Origin: the human T2T-CHM13v2.0 reference genome, Homo sapiens
Length of the DNA: 64,000 bases
Assembly (NCBI RefSeq): GCF_009914755.1
Contig: NC_060926.1
Reading direction: 5' to 3' (one strand)
The notes below the pieces were generated by a model. It was not told the DNA's origin, made no database searches, and saw nothing but the letters and a program-made list of their open reading frames with translations. Positions 49,479 through 62,985 of this stretch are shown here, one piece after another (the stretch's first letter is position 1; every line of letters begins with the position of its first letter). The position numbers and the translations under genes were made by a program.

Positions 49479-50094
49479 ACTACCATCCAAATCTGTCTCT
49501 CACATACACAAACATGTATGCACAAGGAAGAAAATAAACATCATGAAAGGGCAGGGATCCTTTCTCATTATAAAAATAACATCATCTTTTGTAAACAATT
49601 TAACTTTCAAAAGATAATACAGTTGGAAGTAACCAAATTGTGACTCTATAGTTAAATACTTTGAATTGATCTAATAATATAGAATGTAAGGTGTTACCTA
49701 GATGAGTATGAAAACAGAATGAAGCAAACTCACCAAAACATGAAATAGGCCCCCCAAAATAATACAACTTGTTTATGGGAAAGAAAACACATTGTGAAGT
49801 AGACGAAAAGATCGTATCTATCATTCTATAATAATCACCAAAATTAATTCCTCAAAATCTCAGAGTTGGTAGTGGCATGAAGATAAATAAATGCCTATTA
49901 GAACATGAAAGGTTCAGAAATATGAGAAACATGATCAGAAGAGGCAGATCTCTCCACCCTATTCAATCTGTCCAGCTCCCGTGACATGTGCTAAATGAGA
50001 ACTATTGTGTGAGCTTTCAGGGAAAGGAGTAAACCTACAGCGAATGATAAAGTCTCCAGATATTTGAGGTTAATGAAGGGGAAGGAGGAGGAAA

Positions 50095-50270
50095 AACAAC
50101 ATTTGTGGAGAGGCTACATGTGCCAGCCATCGTGATAGGCTTTTAAAATGTGATATTTCTCAAAACTGGTCCATGGGGATGACACTGTTATCTCTTCTTA
50201 CAGATGAAGAAACTGAAGTTGAGTGGTCATGCTGAGATTCATATCACAGCTTTTAGAAGCAAAGCCTGTG
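50095..50270 (-). mobile_element. MIR SINE
   Basis: TCTTACAGATGAAGAAACTGAAG core. Confidence 0.65.
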
Positions 50271-50379
50271 CTCTTTCTACTCTACCGTTCTCGAGAATTT
50301 AAAGTCGTGTAGAAAACACAGGCGTGGAACCTATAATATTTAATGGACAAACAAGTGTATTTTACTTTTTCATTTAGTC

Positions 50380-50683
50380 TTTGTTTGTTTGTTTATTTCT
50401 GAGACAAGGTCTTGCTGTGTTGTCCGAGACTAGAGTGCAATGGTGTGATCATAGCCCATCGCAGACTTCACCTCCTGGGTCTAATGATCCTCCCACCTCA
50501 GCCTTTCAAGTAGCTAGGACTACAGGCACATGCCACCATGCCTAGCTAATGTTTCCAGTTTTTGTAGAGACAGCATCTTGCTTATGTTGTCCAGGCTGGT
50601 CTTGAAATCCTGACCACAAGCAATATTCCCACCTTGGCTTTCCAAAACATTGTGACTACAGGCAAGAGCCATCACACCTGGTT
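50380..50683 (-). mobile_element. AluJ
   Basis: GAGACAAGGTCTTGCT, GATCATAGC and GATCCTCCCACCTCAGCC are AluJ diagnostics; (TTTG)n tail. Confidence 0.93.
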
Positions 50684-53539
50684 ATATTTGTGTTTCAGAA
50701 ATTAAGAAGGTTTGAGAAAAAATAAATAAATGAAAGATCTTCATTTGGTCAAGTCCAAATGAAGTCATAACTTACAGGCATCTTGGAGTGTGAACAAAGA
50801 GAAAGCACCGATAGTTCCACACAATCAAAAGGGGATTTGGAAAGATGATCCTGAAAAAAACACCTGGGCAGGGTTCTTTATAGGTCACTTTGCAGAACAA
50901 GAGAAGTACAAGGAAAAGAGAAAGATATGGTCCCAAGCTATCAAACGACGAAGCAGAAGATAATCCAAAAGCAGGTTTCTCAGCTCAGGAAAGCAAGAAC
51001 ATGAACAATCTCTTCAAAGGGAAATAGATCTTGGGCCAGCTCACCTAGTTCCTGAGTTCTAGAGAGTTTTAAGGGCTGCTAGGAAAGCTGTCTTGATCTT
51101 GTTAGGGCACTACCCTGGGGAGAAAACACTCACATATGGAAGAAATGCAATAGCTAATTCTTGACTAACTGATTGATAGGATGGGAACAATGAAGGGAAT
51201 GAGGGTGAGAGGCAACTAATATTAACTAAAAAGTAATTGCTGTCTTTTCATCAGGAGTCTGCTGCAAAGGTTGCCTTACTGCAAACAAAGTGGCTGAAAA
51301 CAGATAATCCTTTGCTAGGACATCTCCACTTTTCCAAAGGATGGAGGCATCAAAGAATGATTATTACATTTGATCGTGGTGAAAGAGGAATCATGACTAA
51401 TACCAAGAGAGGCTCAAGCAGATAAACTGCTGAAAGAAGTATGGCATTTTATTCCAAGTGGATCAGAAATATCCTGTTTTATGCAATGATGGGGAAGAAA
51501 ATGAAAGACTCAGGACATTTCTGGGCAAGGGACAGTGGTGTCAGTGAGAAGGGGCAGACCATTTTACCACTTTATATTACCCGCCTCATGTGACTAGACC
51601 CAGTCTGCAAGCATCAGCACTGTGATCCAATAATCTGTTACAAAATTCATAGGTTTTTCCCCCTCCCATTCAAAGTTCCCCTGGGACCCCCTATGGAAAG
51701 AAATAGGAAGAGGAGAGCAAAATCTCCCTCTCTAGCAGGGTCAGCATCCCCGCCCTGCACAGCGTCAGCGCCGCTTGCCCACCACTCTCCTAAAGACCCG
51801 TCATTATGAAAGGAAAAGAGAAGCTAATGGCTGACTTGATGGAAACATTCTTGGCACTGTGGACAGGCCTGCTTGGAGGCCCTGTCTGCTGAGCCTTGGG
51901 AATGTGAAGAGGAAAGGTAGCTGGTTAACATTGTTTAACACAGAATTAAGTCATAATCGCACCTGAGGCATATTCCAGATCTTTGTCCCCCCAGCACCTG
52001 TCACATTTGATTTAAAGATTTCTCAAAGTGAAAAATGGTCTCCATAAGATAAAGACAACTCCCCAATAGCAACCGCAACACAAAAGTGCTACTTACCACG
52101 ATTTTCCAGGGAAACAAGGAAAAGGGCTAGATTATACAGCAAGCATTATGTGAGAGAATGCAACTCTTTTTCTTATACATTTGAAAACATTGGAGGGAGG
52201 CAGTGAAAGTTTCTCCAAGGGCTTTACTGGGAGAACATGAAGTGCTGGGAGACCCAGGATTTCCATGAGTCCATTGGGCAGGGCACAGCGAGGCAGGCTG
52301 CCTATGTGGGTTATACCTGCTCTTAAGTAAGGCAATGGAAGGTAACAGAAGCCAAGAAACAGGATCCATAAACTGAATAGTTCTCACTCCTCAAAGCCCA
52401 ACTAAATAGCAACAGCAGGGAGACGAAGGGGCTTGAAGAATAAAGATGAAAAATGCATGCTCCATTTATTAGTATTTGAGTTTTCAAAAGTTGTATGAAA
52501 AGATGGGAAGCAATGGGACATTTGATGACGCTGAAAATGGAAAGTGGGGATTTCATCGGTAAGAGTGATTGGTGTGCAATTTAGGAGAGAAAACCGAAGA
52601 AGAAGGAAGCAAAAGAAAAAAATAAAGACAGGAGACAAAAGAATAGCTGGCATTAGAGGGGAAGGCTGGGCTGGCATGTCACAGGATCATGTTCCCTCTA
52701 TGTTGAGATGTGGGTGGCTCAGTCTCTGGGGATTATATTCATAACCTATATAGAAAAATAAGGCAAAGCCAATCAGAAAGGGCATTAACCTCTGGAAGAC
52801 GAGGATGTGGATGAACTATATGCTATTATTGTTTGGAAGTAATGCATTTGCACTTCAACTTTAATGACAGAGGATGACAAAAATTAGAAAGGTAGTTTCT
52901 AGTCTTTTCCACTATAGTAAAGGACTGATTTCTTATAGGGAAGTAATTTCTCCTGACACATTATATTAGGTAAAGATTGCATCTTATATGAATTAATACA
53001 TTTAAAAACAAAGAGAACTATTCACCTTTTTTTGATTTGTTTCAGTTTAAGGGGCTAAAATCTGTTAATCCGCTACTATGTGCTGTCTCCTTTGGTTATT
53101 TTATTTGCTCTTAACCACAAATTTGGGGTGGTAGTCTTCTGAGATTGGTGGAAAACTCATGATTTTCTCAAAGTCATGGTGTTCATACAAACACTCAGAA
53201 ATCACCCTCATTGGGTTCAGGGAAAGGTAGGCAATGTTTCATTCCAAGCCTGGCCACTGGCTGATTATCATCCCCACCCCCTCCACTTATTCTGCCTCCA
53301 GACAATAAACTTAAAGGTGAAGGCAGGGAAAGGGGAATGAAGAGTTCAGGAATATCAGAGATGCGTGATGAAATAATAACAGATGAACTGGTGATTATGA
53401 TATCAAAAGCACCACTACAATTGTTCAGGATGTAAAAGAACTAGGATAAAGTAAAACTTCTTTATCAACAAACTGCTGGTTACCCCCAATGTAGAGTTAT
53501 AAAAAGGAAGAGATGGCAGTGCCAAGATGGTGGTGGTGG

Positions 53540-54078
53540 GATATCAAAGTCCTAACAGTAAATAAATGGCACATTCAGTGAGCTTAAATTAAGAGAGTTA
53601 TACTGAATGGACTGTTTACAAACATGTGGGAAGAGTTAGAGGATAATTAAACATCCAGGGACCAGTAATAGTGAGAAATCCAATTTTTCAAGGGGCAGAG
53701 ATATTAAAAAGTGATTATCACATTTGTTTGTGTCACTACCTGTGGTCTTGAAGAGGGAAGAGGAGGGAATCGTAGTACTGGAATTTAATGAGAGCTATTG
53801 CACCAGGAGAAAGGTGGCTGGAAAGGAGCTACATTCTTAGAGGGACACAGTGAAAATCTGTGCCTGGCAAGAAGGAAGCCTGGGGATGGGGTGAACAAAT
53901 ACCCCTATCTCTCTGTCTCTCTTTGATCCAACCTTGTGGTTTTCTTACAGGGGGACAAGGGACTTTGAGTAAACAGCCCACAGAAATCACCCTCTTTGGG
54001 TACAGGACAAGGTAGGGAAGAGTGGAGAAAAAGTCTGGAGTGGCAAGCAAACAAACAAACAAACAAAAACTAGCCCAC
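53540..54078 (-). mobile_element. LTR33-like ERVL solo LTR
   Basis: AATGGCACATTCA...GGACTGTTTACAAACATGTGGG at left and GAGTGGAGAAAAGTCTGGAGTGGCAA...CCCACA at right. Confidence 0.65.
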
Positions 54079-54594
54079 AGGACTGTGACTGAGCTAATTA
54101 GCACACCACTCCTTCCAGGCCACCCTACAGAAGCCAACACTAAACAAAAACACAGCATCTGCTCTGCAAGACAGACTCAAGATATGTTCTTTGGCATGTC
54201 TTTCCAACAAAATTACTGCCTCTGGGTCATCCTGTGTAGAAATTCTGGAGCTACCAATGAATTGGGAAGAGTGTTTTTTTTTTGTTTGTTTTTTGTTTTT
54301 TCATAGAAGGATGAGTAAAGAAATTTCACTTGTTTTAGACAAGAGGAAGGCAAGAAGACATAGTTAATGGGTACGGCATGGTAAAAGGAGTACAGAAATT
54401 AAGAAGAGCAGGCAAATAGATGTGATGGAGAAAAATATATGGTATGTTATCAAGAGGAAAGAGACAGAGAACAACGAATCATGATTTGGGAATAAAGTTG
54501 GCAGGACTGCAGAATGGTGATATGTATGTTTTCTCCCTCATCTGTGCAGCAGCTTTCAACACTGAATTAGGAAAAAATGTGGATGGTGATGTAT

Positions 54595-54720
54595 ATTACT
54601 TTATTTACACCTCACAGCAACCTTGCGAGATAGGTTATCCCCATCTTATAAATAGGGAAGTTAAGTAATTTGTCAAAGAGCACACACTTGGTGATAGGGA
54701 AAGCCAGGAACCAACCTCGC
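54595..54720 (-). mobile_element. MIR SINE fragment
   Basis: CCTCACAGCAACCTTGCGAGATAGG...GTTAAGTAATTTGTCAAAG. Confidence 0.6.
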
Positions 54721-55017
54721 TTTTGTTTGTTTGTTTGTTTGCGAGTTCCCTTGGCCAACAGGCCTTCCTGTAGAGAACATTGGGAGGACATATAAATTGA
54801 AAGCAGAGTGGAGGTGGCCAGTATCACATACCTGGGACCCACCGGACTCATGGGCTTCCAATAAGAGTAACCAGAGGGGTCCATAGAAAGTCAGAGCTGC
54901 TGCCATTGATGACGAGGCCGGAGGGGCTCTTTTTTGCCATACTTTCTTAAAGCACCATGGCCCTATGCTCTTAAACATGTCTCTATTTTTTTTTAAAGTA
55001 ACAGGCATGACAGCAAC

Positions 55018-55456
55018 TGTATTGGTTTACTAGAGTTGCTGTAAACCACACTCTGGGTGGCTTATACAACAGAAATTTGTTCTCTCACGGTTCTGGAGGC
55101 TGCAAGTTTGAGATCAAGGTGTTAGCCAGGTTGGTTTCTTCTGAGGGCTGTGAGAAGGAGCCTGTTCCATGCCTGTTCCCTAGCTGCTGGTGGTTTGCTG
55201 GCAATCTTTGGAAGAAGCATCACCCTGATCTCTTGCCTTTATTATCACGTGACATTCTTCCTGTAAGCCTCCCTCTGTTCCCAAATGTCCCCCTTATGAG
55301 GACACTAGTCATGTTGGATTAAGACCTAACTTAATGACCTCATTTTAACTAATTGTATTAGTAACAACTCTAATTCCAGGTGAAATTACATTCTAAGATA
55401 CTGCAGGTTGAACTTCAAAATATAAATTTTGGGGGGATATAATTCAACCTATAATC
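55018..55456 (-). mobile_element. MLT1C MaLR solo LTR
   Basis: Termini TGTATTGGTTT...TTCAACCTATAATC with perfect 5-bp TSD GCAAC (55013-55017, 55457-55461). Confidence 0.92.
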
Positions 55457-58400
55457 GCAACCTATAAATTTGTCAACAAGTTCTAAGATAAATTGGCAAA
55501 AAACATAATAGATCTACGGTAGATAACACAAAGGAAAACCATGGACATTTAGAACACTGCTAAGAACTATGATAACCAGTATCTGTACAAATGTAATTGG
55601 CTCTGGTGTTGAAGAATCAATTATACAAATGTATGTAATGCACAAGTATATTTTATCATAACCTCTGAGAATAAAATGAAATACCATATGTGACAGCACT
55701 TTACAAGCTGTGTGGTATTCAAATTAAGGCATTAGTTTTATTGCTATTACCATGTCTTTATTTATATAGGTAGCTTATTTTTATTGTTACATTGGGCATT
55801 TCACATTTTTATGGTCCATTTCTTTTTATTTCAGTTACATCCTAGATTAATATCATCTATGTCTATTTCTTCTTAGGAAACTGAGTTTCTCCATTCCTTT
55901 TTTTCCTTGATCATTAGAAAACATCTTTCCCAACTCCCATTTAAATGCAAAATGGAGTCCTGGCACTGGGTTGCTCAAATAGCCAACTCCATCTAAACTT
56001 AGCTCACGACAGAAGGAACTTAAACTGTCAGCAAAATCAGCACACTGACTGCAAACCAGTTCTCATAGAGATCAATTATAAATTGAGACGGTGTTCTGGA
56101 TGCTTTAGTCAGATTTGGCTGGTACCCCAATGATCTCTGACTCTATTTCTTCAGATACTAGTATGAATTTTCATCTTCAATTATAACCTGCTACCAGGAT
56201 GGCATATACCTGATCCTCTTCTATTTATTATTTATTTTGCAGAAAATAAAAATAGGAAAAAAACCCTATGTTTGTACTTTTACATTTAACTCAAAACTCA
56301 AATATTAGTGAATTCCTTTGATTTATGTGAAAATTAAAGTTGGATCTAACATAGGCATCCAGCCTCCTTTTTTTGACCTTTCGTCATACTCTCTTTGCTA
56401 CTCTCAAATTTGGTCACCCCACACTGGAGACTGGTAATTTGCAAGTTAATTCATTCATCCAGAATTTATTGAGCACCCATCATTTATCTTGTACTCAGCT
56501 AGCAGCTATAGAGGAGATAAGGCTAGTTGTAAGTATGGGATTTGGTGAATTTAATGTTATTGTTTTGATTAATGACTGGGCCCACTGGTTTCCGATATGC
56601 AGTACTTTGCAATTTTGAGGGGCACTGACTTGACATATGCGCTGGGCTTTGAGTGGGAGCCCTTTATAAGTGAGGGAGTGGAGTGAACTGCTCAGCGCCC
56701 ACAGCTCAGTGGCTTGATTGTTTTCCACTTGCCACAGCCTTGGCTCTCCTCAATTTTTAATTTTCTGAATTTTATAGGGGGAAATAATGTACTGTAATGG
56801 TAATCATGGAAAGCCTTAAAGTGTGTCTCCAAAAATACTGAAACTCTCTTCTCCTGTATAAAATAAAAAAGGTTTGCAATCTAGATTCAGAGTTTAGAAA
56901 TAAGTACCTTGACATTTTCAGCCCCTAAGAGAACCTTTTACCCCCTAAACTTTCTGTAGAATTTATAACCTATAACCAACAAAACACCAAGTTATTTCTC
57001 AAGCAGCTATGCAGAAGCTCTTCTATTTGGAAAGGGAATTAACAAAATCAGTATAAGACTTGGGAGCTTTCTGCAAGGAGTTTATAAATCTCGTCGGAGA
57101 GAAGGGACAGGTTTCTTTTTATAGCATCAACACAAGTCAGGAAAGCAGGAAATGATAAGCCATGTTATTTGTTCCGGAGTCTTTAAACCCAGACTCTACA
57201 TCTAATCACCATCATAAAAATGCCTTTTTTTTACCTCCAGCTTTATAGAGAGGAGCCTCAGAGTGGGCCATCCTGGAGGAGTGCACCTATCAGTTGAGAA
57301 ATAGGGATGACAAGGATGTAGGCAGCTGTTGCATTCTAAAATGTGAATTTGTTTTGTGAAAGCCTTTCATTAACAAAATTATGTGCCGAGAAAGGGCAAT
57401 GACAAAACTGACCAAATTCCTTCCCTTGTAGGTCAGATAACATTTAAGAGCTTTACATGTCTAACAAACTTGAGGTTGCTCAAACTGGACAAAGGAGGAG
57501 ATTAAAACACTTTCTGTGATGACATAAAGCAGTGCTACGGGTAAGGCCTCAGTCTCCTGCCAGCAGAAGCAAATGTATTTTCTCCATTTAAAAGAGTTGC
57601 CTTCTTAACCCACACTTCCCCAGGCATTCGGTCCTGATAGGGCTTGGTTTGACTGATTAATTGTAATTCTGCTCCATACAAGGTAGACAGTGATGAATTG
57701 ATACATTAAAGATGTGATTAATGGTTACTTTCTATTCAGTGTAATTATCAGGTGATAGTTTCAATGAAAAATGCTGGAAAATGAAACTTTTCACTCTAGA
57801 TAACTATCCACCCTGTCTGGAAAGAAAAATGGTTCTCTATTTTCAACATTTTACTCTAGATCAAGGCCAAGAGAGACAGAGAGACACAGCACACTGGCTT
57901 TGTGAGTTTTATAGAATGAGACGGATTTGGAATAATGCCTGTCTTTAAAGAAATTCTTAGAGAGGAAATCTCTGGATAATAAAACTTTAAATTTTATCTT
58001 AATCCTGGATTACTTTGCCAGCTCCTGCCTGGTCTTTCTGGTCAATTCTGGCATTTAATCTATCCTGAAGATGGTTTTGGATTAATTTCCCTAAAGCACC
58101 GCATTAATCATATCACATCTGTTTTTTTTTTTTTTTTCGGAGACCTCCAACAACTTCCCACTTAAATTATAGGAAGAACAAAACATCAACATGACCCTCA
58201 AGACCCTTTGATAAAAGGCAAACACTCTTTGTCAAACTGTTTCAATTCCTGTGCGCTGTTCTTTCGAGGCTGTCAGCTCACTGCCATCTCAGCTGGCCAT
58301 GATCCCCCGAGGCCATGCTTTGCTTTGCCTCTTTTTCTACATGTTTTTAGCTGGTAGAAAAAATTGTGGACGACTTAAAAAGGGACCAAAAGATTACCAG

Positions 58401-58561
58401 GTTTCCTTAATGGAGAAATTTTGTGCTGTTTAGAATGCATCCTCTGATTCATCTGATTCTGTAGGGTTTTGGCATTTCATTGTTTTGGAACTATTATATA
58501 ATTTTGTGGAGTTAGAAGTTAACTTGCAGAAAATTCATAGAAATATAAAACATCATTTTCT

Positions 58562-58876
58562 TTTTTTCTTCTCTTTTTTTTTTTTTTTTTTTTTGAGACA
58601 GTCTCTCTCTGTCGCCCAGGCTGGATGGAGTGCAGTGGCGCATCTTGGCTCACTGCAAGCTCCACCTCCTGGGTTCACGCCATTCTCCTGCCTCAGCCTC
58701 CCGAGTAGCTGGGACTACAGGTGCCCACCACCACGCCTGGCTAACTTTTTGTATTTTTAGTAGAGATGGAGTGTCACCGTGTTAGCCAGGATGGTCTCGA
58801 CCTCCTGACCTGGTGATCAGCCCACCTCGGCCTCCCAAAGTGCTGAGATTACAGGCATGAGCCACCACGCCCAGCC
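58562..58876 (-). mobile_element. AluY
   Basis: CTGCAAGCTCC and TTCACGCCATTCTCC diagnostics. 21-bp TSD AAATATAAAACAT(C/T)ATTTTCT. Confidence 0.97.
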
Positions 58877-59179
58877 AAAATATAAAACATTATTTTCTAT
58901 ATACATGCAGATAGGTTCTGTCCAATGGAGATTCAATGGACTTTTCTAACCTGCTGTGGAAGAAGCCAGGTTTTTCTGTGTTAAGCAAATTCATGTTGGC
59001 ATTTTTGTTGGCCTTTTATAGTTACTCTTTGGGATCTCCTTTGAACTTAGGACATGTTAATTCCCATCTTCCTAACTAATGAGCTAAATAAAATCTTTGA
59101 CATGTACATTTTATATCTGTGTAAACTCATACTCATGATTTACTTATTTTAAAAATGATCCTTTAATATAATCTACCCA

Positions 59180-60207
59180 ATTTAAAACTTAGACAAGTTT
59201 TTAGAGCAGTTTTAGGTTTACAGAAAAACTGAATGGGGCACACAGGGAGTATGCATATATCTGCCACATCCTTTCCCAGTTTTCCTTGTTAACAACATAC
59301 TGTACCACACCAGAGAGGTACACTTATTCCAATTGATGAACCTGTATTGACACATCATTATCGTCCAAACTACATAGTGTACTTCAGGTTTCACTCTTGG
59401 TATTGTACATTCTATGGGTTTGGATAAATATATAGTGACATGTATCCACCCTTCTGTCTCCTACAGAATAGTTTCACTGTCTTAAAAATCCTCTGCACTC
59501 TGCCTATTTATCCCTCCTTACCCTCAACCCCTGACAACCACTGATCTTTTTATGTCTCCATAGTTTTGCCTTTTCCAGAATGTCATATAGTTGGAATCAT
59601 ATGATTGGCTTCTTTCACTTAGAAATATGCATTTCAGTTTCCTCCATGTCCTTTCATGTATTGATAGCTCATTTCTTTACAGTGCTGAATAATATTCCAT
59701 TGTCTAGGTGCGCCATAATTTATTCTTTCACCTACTGAAGGATATGTTGGTTGCTTCCAAGTTTGGGAAATTATGAATAAAGCTGCTATAAATATCAGTG
59801 TGCAGGTTTTTGAACAGATATATGTTTTGAACTCATTTTGTAAATACCAAGGAACTGGATGGCTGAATCATATGGTAAGAGTATGTTTAATTTTATAAGA
59901 AACTGTCAAACTGTCTTTCAAAGTGGCTGTGCCATTCTGTATTACCATCACCAATGGACAATAACTCCTGTTGTTCAACATCTTCACCAGAATTTGGTGT
60001 TGTCAGTGATCTGGATTTTGGCCATTCTAGTGCGTATGTAGTAGTATCTCATTTTGCTTTTATTTGTATTTCGTTGATGACGTATGATGTAGAGCCTGTT
60101 TTCATATGCTTATTTGCCATCTGGATGTCTCCTTTGATGAAGTGTCTATTCAGATCTCATGCCTATTTTTTTAATCAGGTTGTTCATTTTCTTACTGGTG
60201 GACTTTG
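59180..60207 (-). mobile_element. L1MC1-like LINE 3' region
   Basis: TTTTAGAGCAGTTTTAGGTTTACAG, CAATTGATGAACCTGTATTGACACATCATTATC and ACAACCACTGATCTTTTT. Confidence 0.88.
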
Positions 60208-60229
60208 ATATCTAACCAATTAAAAAATT

Positions 60230-60452
60230 TGAACTCAACTTGGCTGTACATTAGAATCATCTATAGAGCTTTCAAATAATACAGGTTTGACTTGTGTACG
60301 TCCTTATTACTCCAGTAAGTCACATATCACTGGAGGGATGGTGATGGCATACATAGCTAAGTCCCATGCAGAGAACTTCTGATTTGTTGGGGCCTGGGAA
60401 TCTGCATTTCTAACAAGTTCCCAGGTAACAGGAAGCACTTTGAGAACACTTG
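60230..60452. mobile_element. MER5A-like hAT-Charlie element (fragmented)
   Basis: TTGGCTGTACATTAGAATCATC and GGAATCTGCATTTCTAACAAGTTCCCAGGT...CACTTTGAGAAC. Confidence 0.75.
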
Positions 60453-61773
60453 CTCTGCTTAGTATGGATTACTAGTAGTACAGTTTGTTAGGCTCTCTTC
60501 TTTCTCTATATTAGCCTGTTTTAAATTTAATTGTATGTCCCATATTTTGTTTACAATTAGCTATCTAAGTATATGTGCTTTTGTAATCATAGCTTGGAAT
60601 TGCGTTTTCTAGGTTAGTTTTCAAAATAATGCTTATATTCTGCTAAGTCCCTGCCTTGTATTTTTGTTAACAGACTGACAGAAATTGGTGCCTGGCCTAT
60701 GGCCTAGTGGTCTTCAGAAATGTTCTTCCAAAAGCTTTTTAACTAAGAAGACAAAACACCATTTCTACTCAACTTAGCTATTATCCTTTTAAATAAAACT
60801 TTTTGTAAAAATATCCCAACACAAACAATAAGATTAAACAAAGGATCATAGATTTCTCCCTAGGATTATACTCTCTATTAAGCACCGAATTGAATATATG
60901 TATAATCAGATTTTAAAATGAGTTTGGGTCTGCCTAACCTAAAATGTAGATGAGTCTGCCTCTTTCTAAAATTTTAAATCATAGTTTCTTGCAGAGAAAT
61001 CTGGGGATGTTTAACTGAAACTTTGACTTTTTAAATTTGAATTTTCTGAGGTTGCAGTTGATAATATTTAAAGTGAATTTATTTGGCTATAACTGAATCT
61101 TTGCACTAAAAGAGAGAAATACCTGCTATTTTAAATAAATCCAAAACAACATATCTGCAAAGCTGAATAAAGTCTATTTTCTCTCATATAAGATAACGTA
61201 TTTCAAAGATGATGAGATACGGAGTAACCTCTTGATAGCATTTGGTTCCCTCCTCATTGATGTTCCACTGTTATGAATCCTTGCTTAATATAATGCTCAT
61301 TCTCCTTCTAGGCTTTTCTTTTATCTCACTATAAAATATTTTTGAAGCAAAAGTCCTTCTGGAGTGAACACACACATGTATGTTAAGACTTTAAGGTATT
61401 TACCTGTTAAGAAATATTTTTTTAAAAAAGAACAAACAGAAAGCAAAAAGAGAATCAAGAAAGATTCAAATGAATATTTCTTATTCATTTCGAAAAGCAT
61501 GAAATTTCTATCTTAGCATTCATAGATAGTATTCTGAGCGTGCATTTTACCCTTTTGCGTGTTACTTTAATTTTGCTTTGAGACAAAAGCTGAAAAAGAA
61601 GTATAGTATATGTGTGCATGTATGTGTAGTTTCTTCTCTTTTTGTAGTTAGTGAAAAGAATTTACAGATAATGGTATATCAGTTAAAACCAAGCTTAAAT
61701 GTAGTGATCACTGAGGGGCAAATTTCTGCTTTGCTTAGAGTTGTTAACAACCTCAGGTCACCTGTTACATACC

Positions 61774-62047
61774 TTTATTTATTTGTTTATTTATTTATTA
61801 TTATTATACTTTAAGTTTTAGGGTACATGTGCACAATGTGCAGGTTAGTTACATATGTATACATGTGCCATGTTGGTGTGCTGCACCCATTAACTCGTCA
61901 TTTAGCATTAGGTATATCTCCTAATGCTATCCCTCCCCCCTCCCCCCACCCCACAACAGGCCCCAGAGTGTGATGTTCCCCTTCCTGTGTCCATGTGTTC
62001 TCATTTTTCATTTCCCACCTATGAGTGAGAACCTGCAGTGTTTGGTT
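61774..62047 (-). mobile_element. Young 5'-truncated L1PA3/L1PA4 3' end
   Basis: TTATACTTTAAGTTTTAGGGTACATGTGCACAATGTGCAGGTTAG...CATTTAGCATTAGGTATATCTCCTAATGCTATCCC. Confidence 0.95.
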
Positions 62048-62396
62048 ATTTGCCTTTTTTTAAATTGAGAAATCAATTATGAATATTTACAACACTAGGC
62101 AGCCAATGACTCAGATAAACTGCATTTGAACTTGTCGTGGCCTGACAAATGCAGGCTTTAGACTTTATTGTTAGATATTAAGAATGGTTCACTTTTATGA
62201 GTGAAAAATGTGAACCATCAGGAAACCAGAAATAGTCTAGGCTAGAACCTTAGCACCACCATGAAGACTTGAACATTATGTGAAGGGGAAAGTTTGGATC
62301 TCAAAGTGGATTGAGCTAGAAGCCCATCAGGATCCAGGTTCAGCATCTGGGCTGTGAAGAAAAATTATCAGACTTAGAACATTAACTGAGAAAGCT

Positions 62397-62985
62397 TGTG
62401 TTAGCTTTTTATTTTTGCATAACAAATTACCACACACTTAACTTTAAAACAATGAGCGTTTATTAGTTCACAGTGCCGCAGGTTAGAATTTTATCACTGC
62501 ATAGCTGGGTTCTCTCTTCAGCGTATCATGAGGCTGGAATGAGAATATCATATGACCTACACTCTCCTTTGGAGACTCTAGGGAAGAGACCGCTTCCAAG
62601 CTCTTTCAGATTGTTGACAAAATCTAGTTTCTTGTGGTTGTAGGACTGAGGTTGCCAGTTCCTTACTGACTCTCAGCTTCTAGAGACTGCCTGCATTCTA
62701 TGCCATGTGCCTCCAGCGCATTTCCCTCTCGTTGACTCTCTCATTCTTCTACTCGCTTTGATTGACTTATCTGTGATTGCCAGATTCAGACTTGAAGGGC
62801 TCATGTGATTAGTCCAGCTCCACCCAGATAGTCTCTCATTTTTAAGGTCAACTGACTTGGACTTTTAATATCATTTGCAAATCCCTTTCCAGCGACACCT
62901 AGATAAGTTTAATTGAATAGTTGGGAGTAGGCAGTACATCAGGGGCCAGGGACTCTGGAGCCATCTTTGAATTCTGCCTATCACT
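62397..62985 (-). mobile_element. MLT1E-class MaLR solo LTR
   Basis: TGTGTTAG...GCATAACAAATTACCAC; GTGGTTGTAGGACTGAGG; end GAATTCTGCCTATCAC. TSD AAGCT / GAGCT. Confidence 0.85.

Noticed and set aside
50800-51040. Purine-rich exon-like segment or processed pseudogene
   Set aside because: Short frames with no recognisable homology, and no poly-A tail or TSD.
51740-51770. Split REST/NRSE motif (TCAGCATCC...GCACAGCGTC)
   Set aside because: Mismatches at key positions in both half-sites plus non-canonical spacing.
61931-61952. G-quadruplex motif on the minus strand
   Set aside because: It is the standard G-rich tract of the L1PA 3' UTR, already explained by the element.
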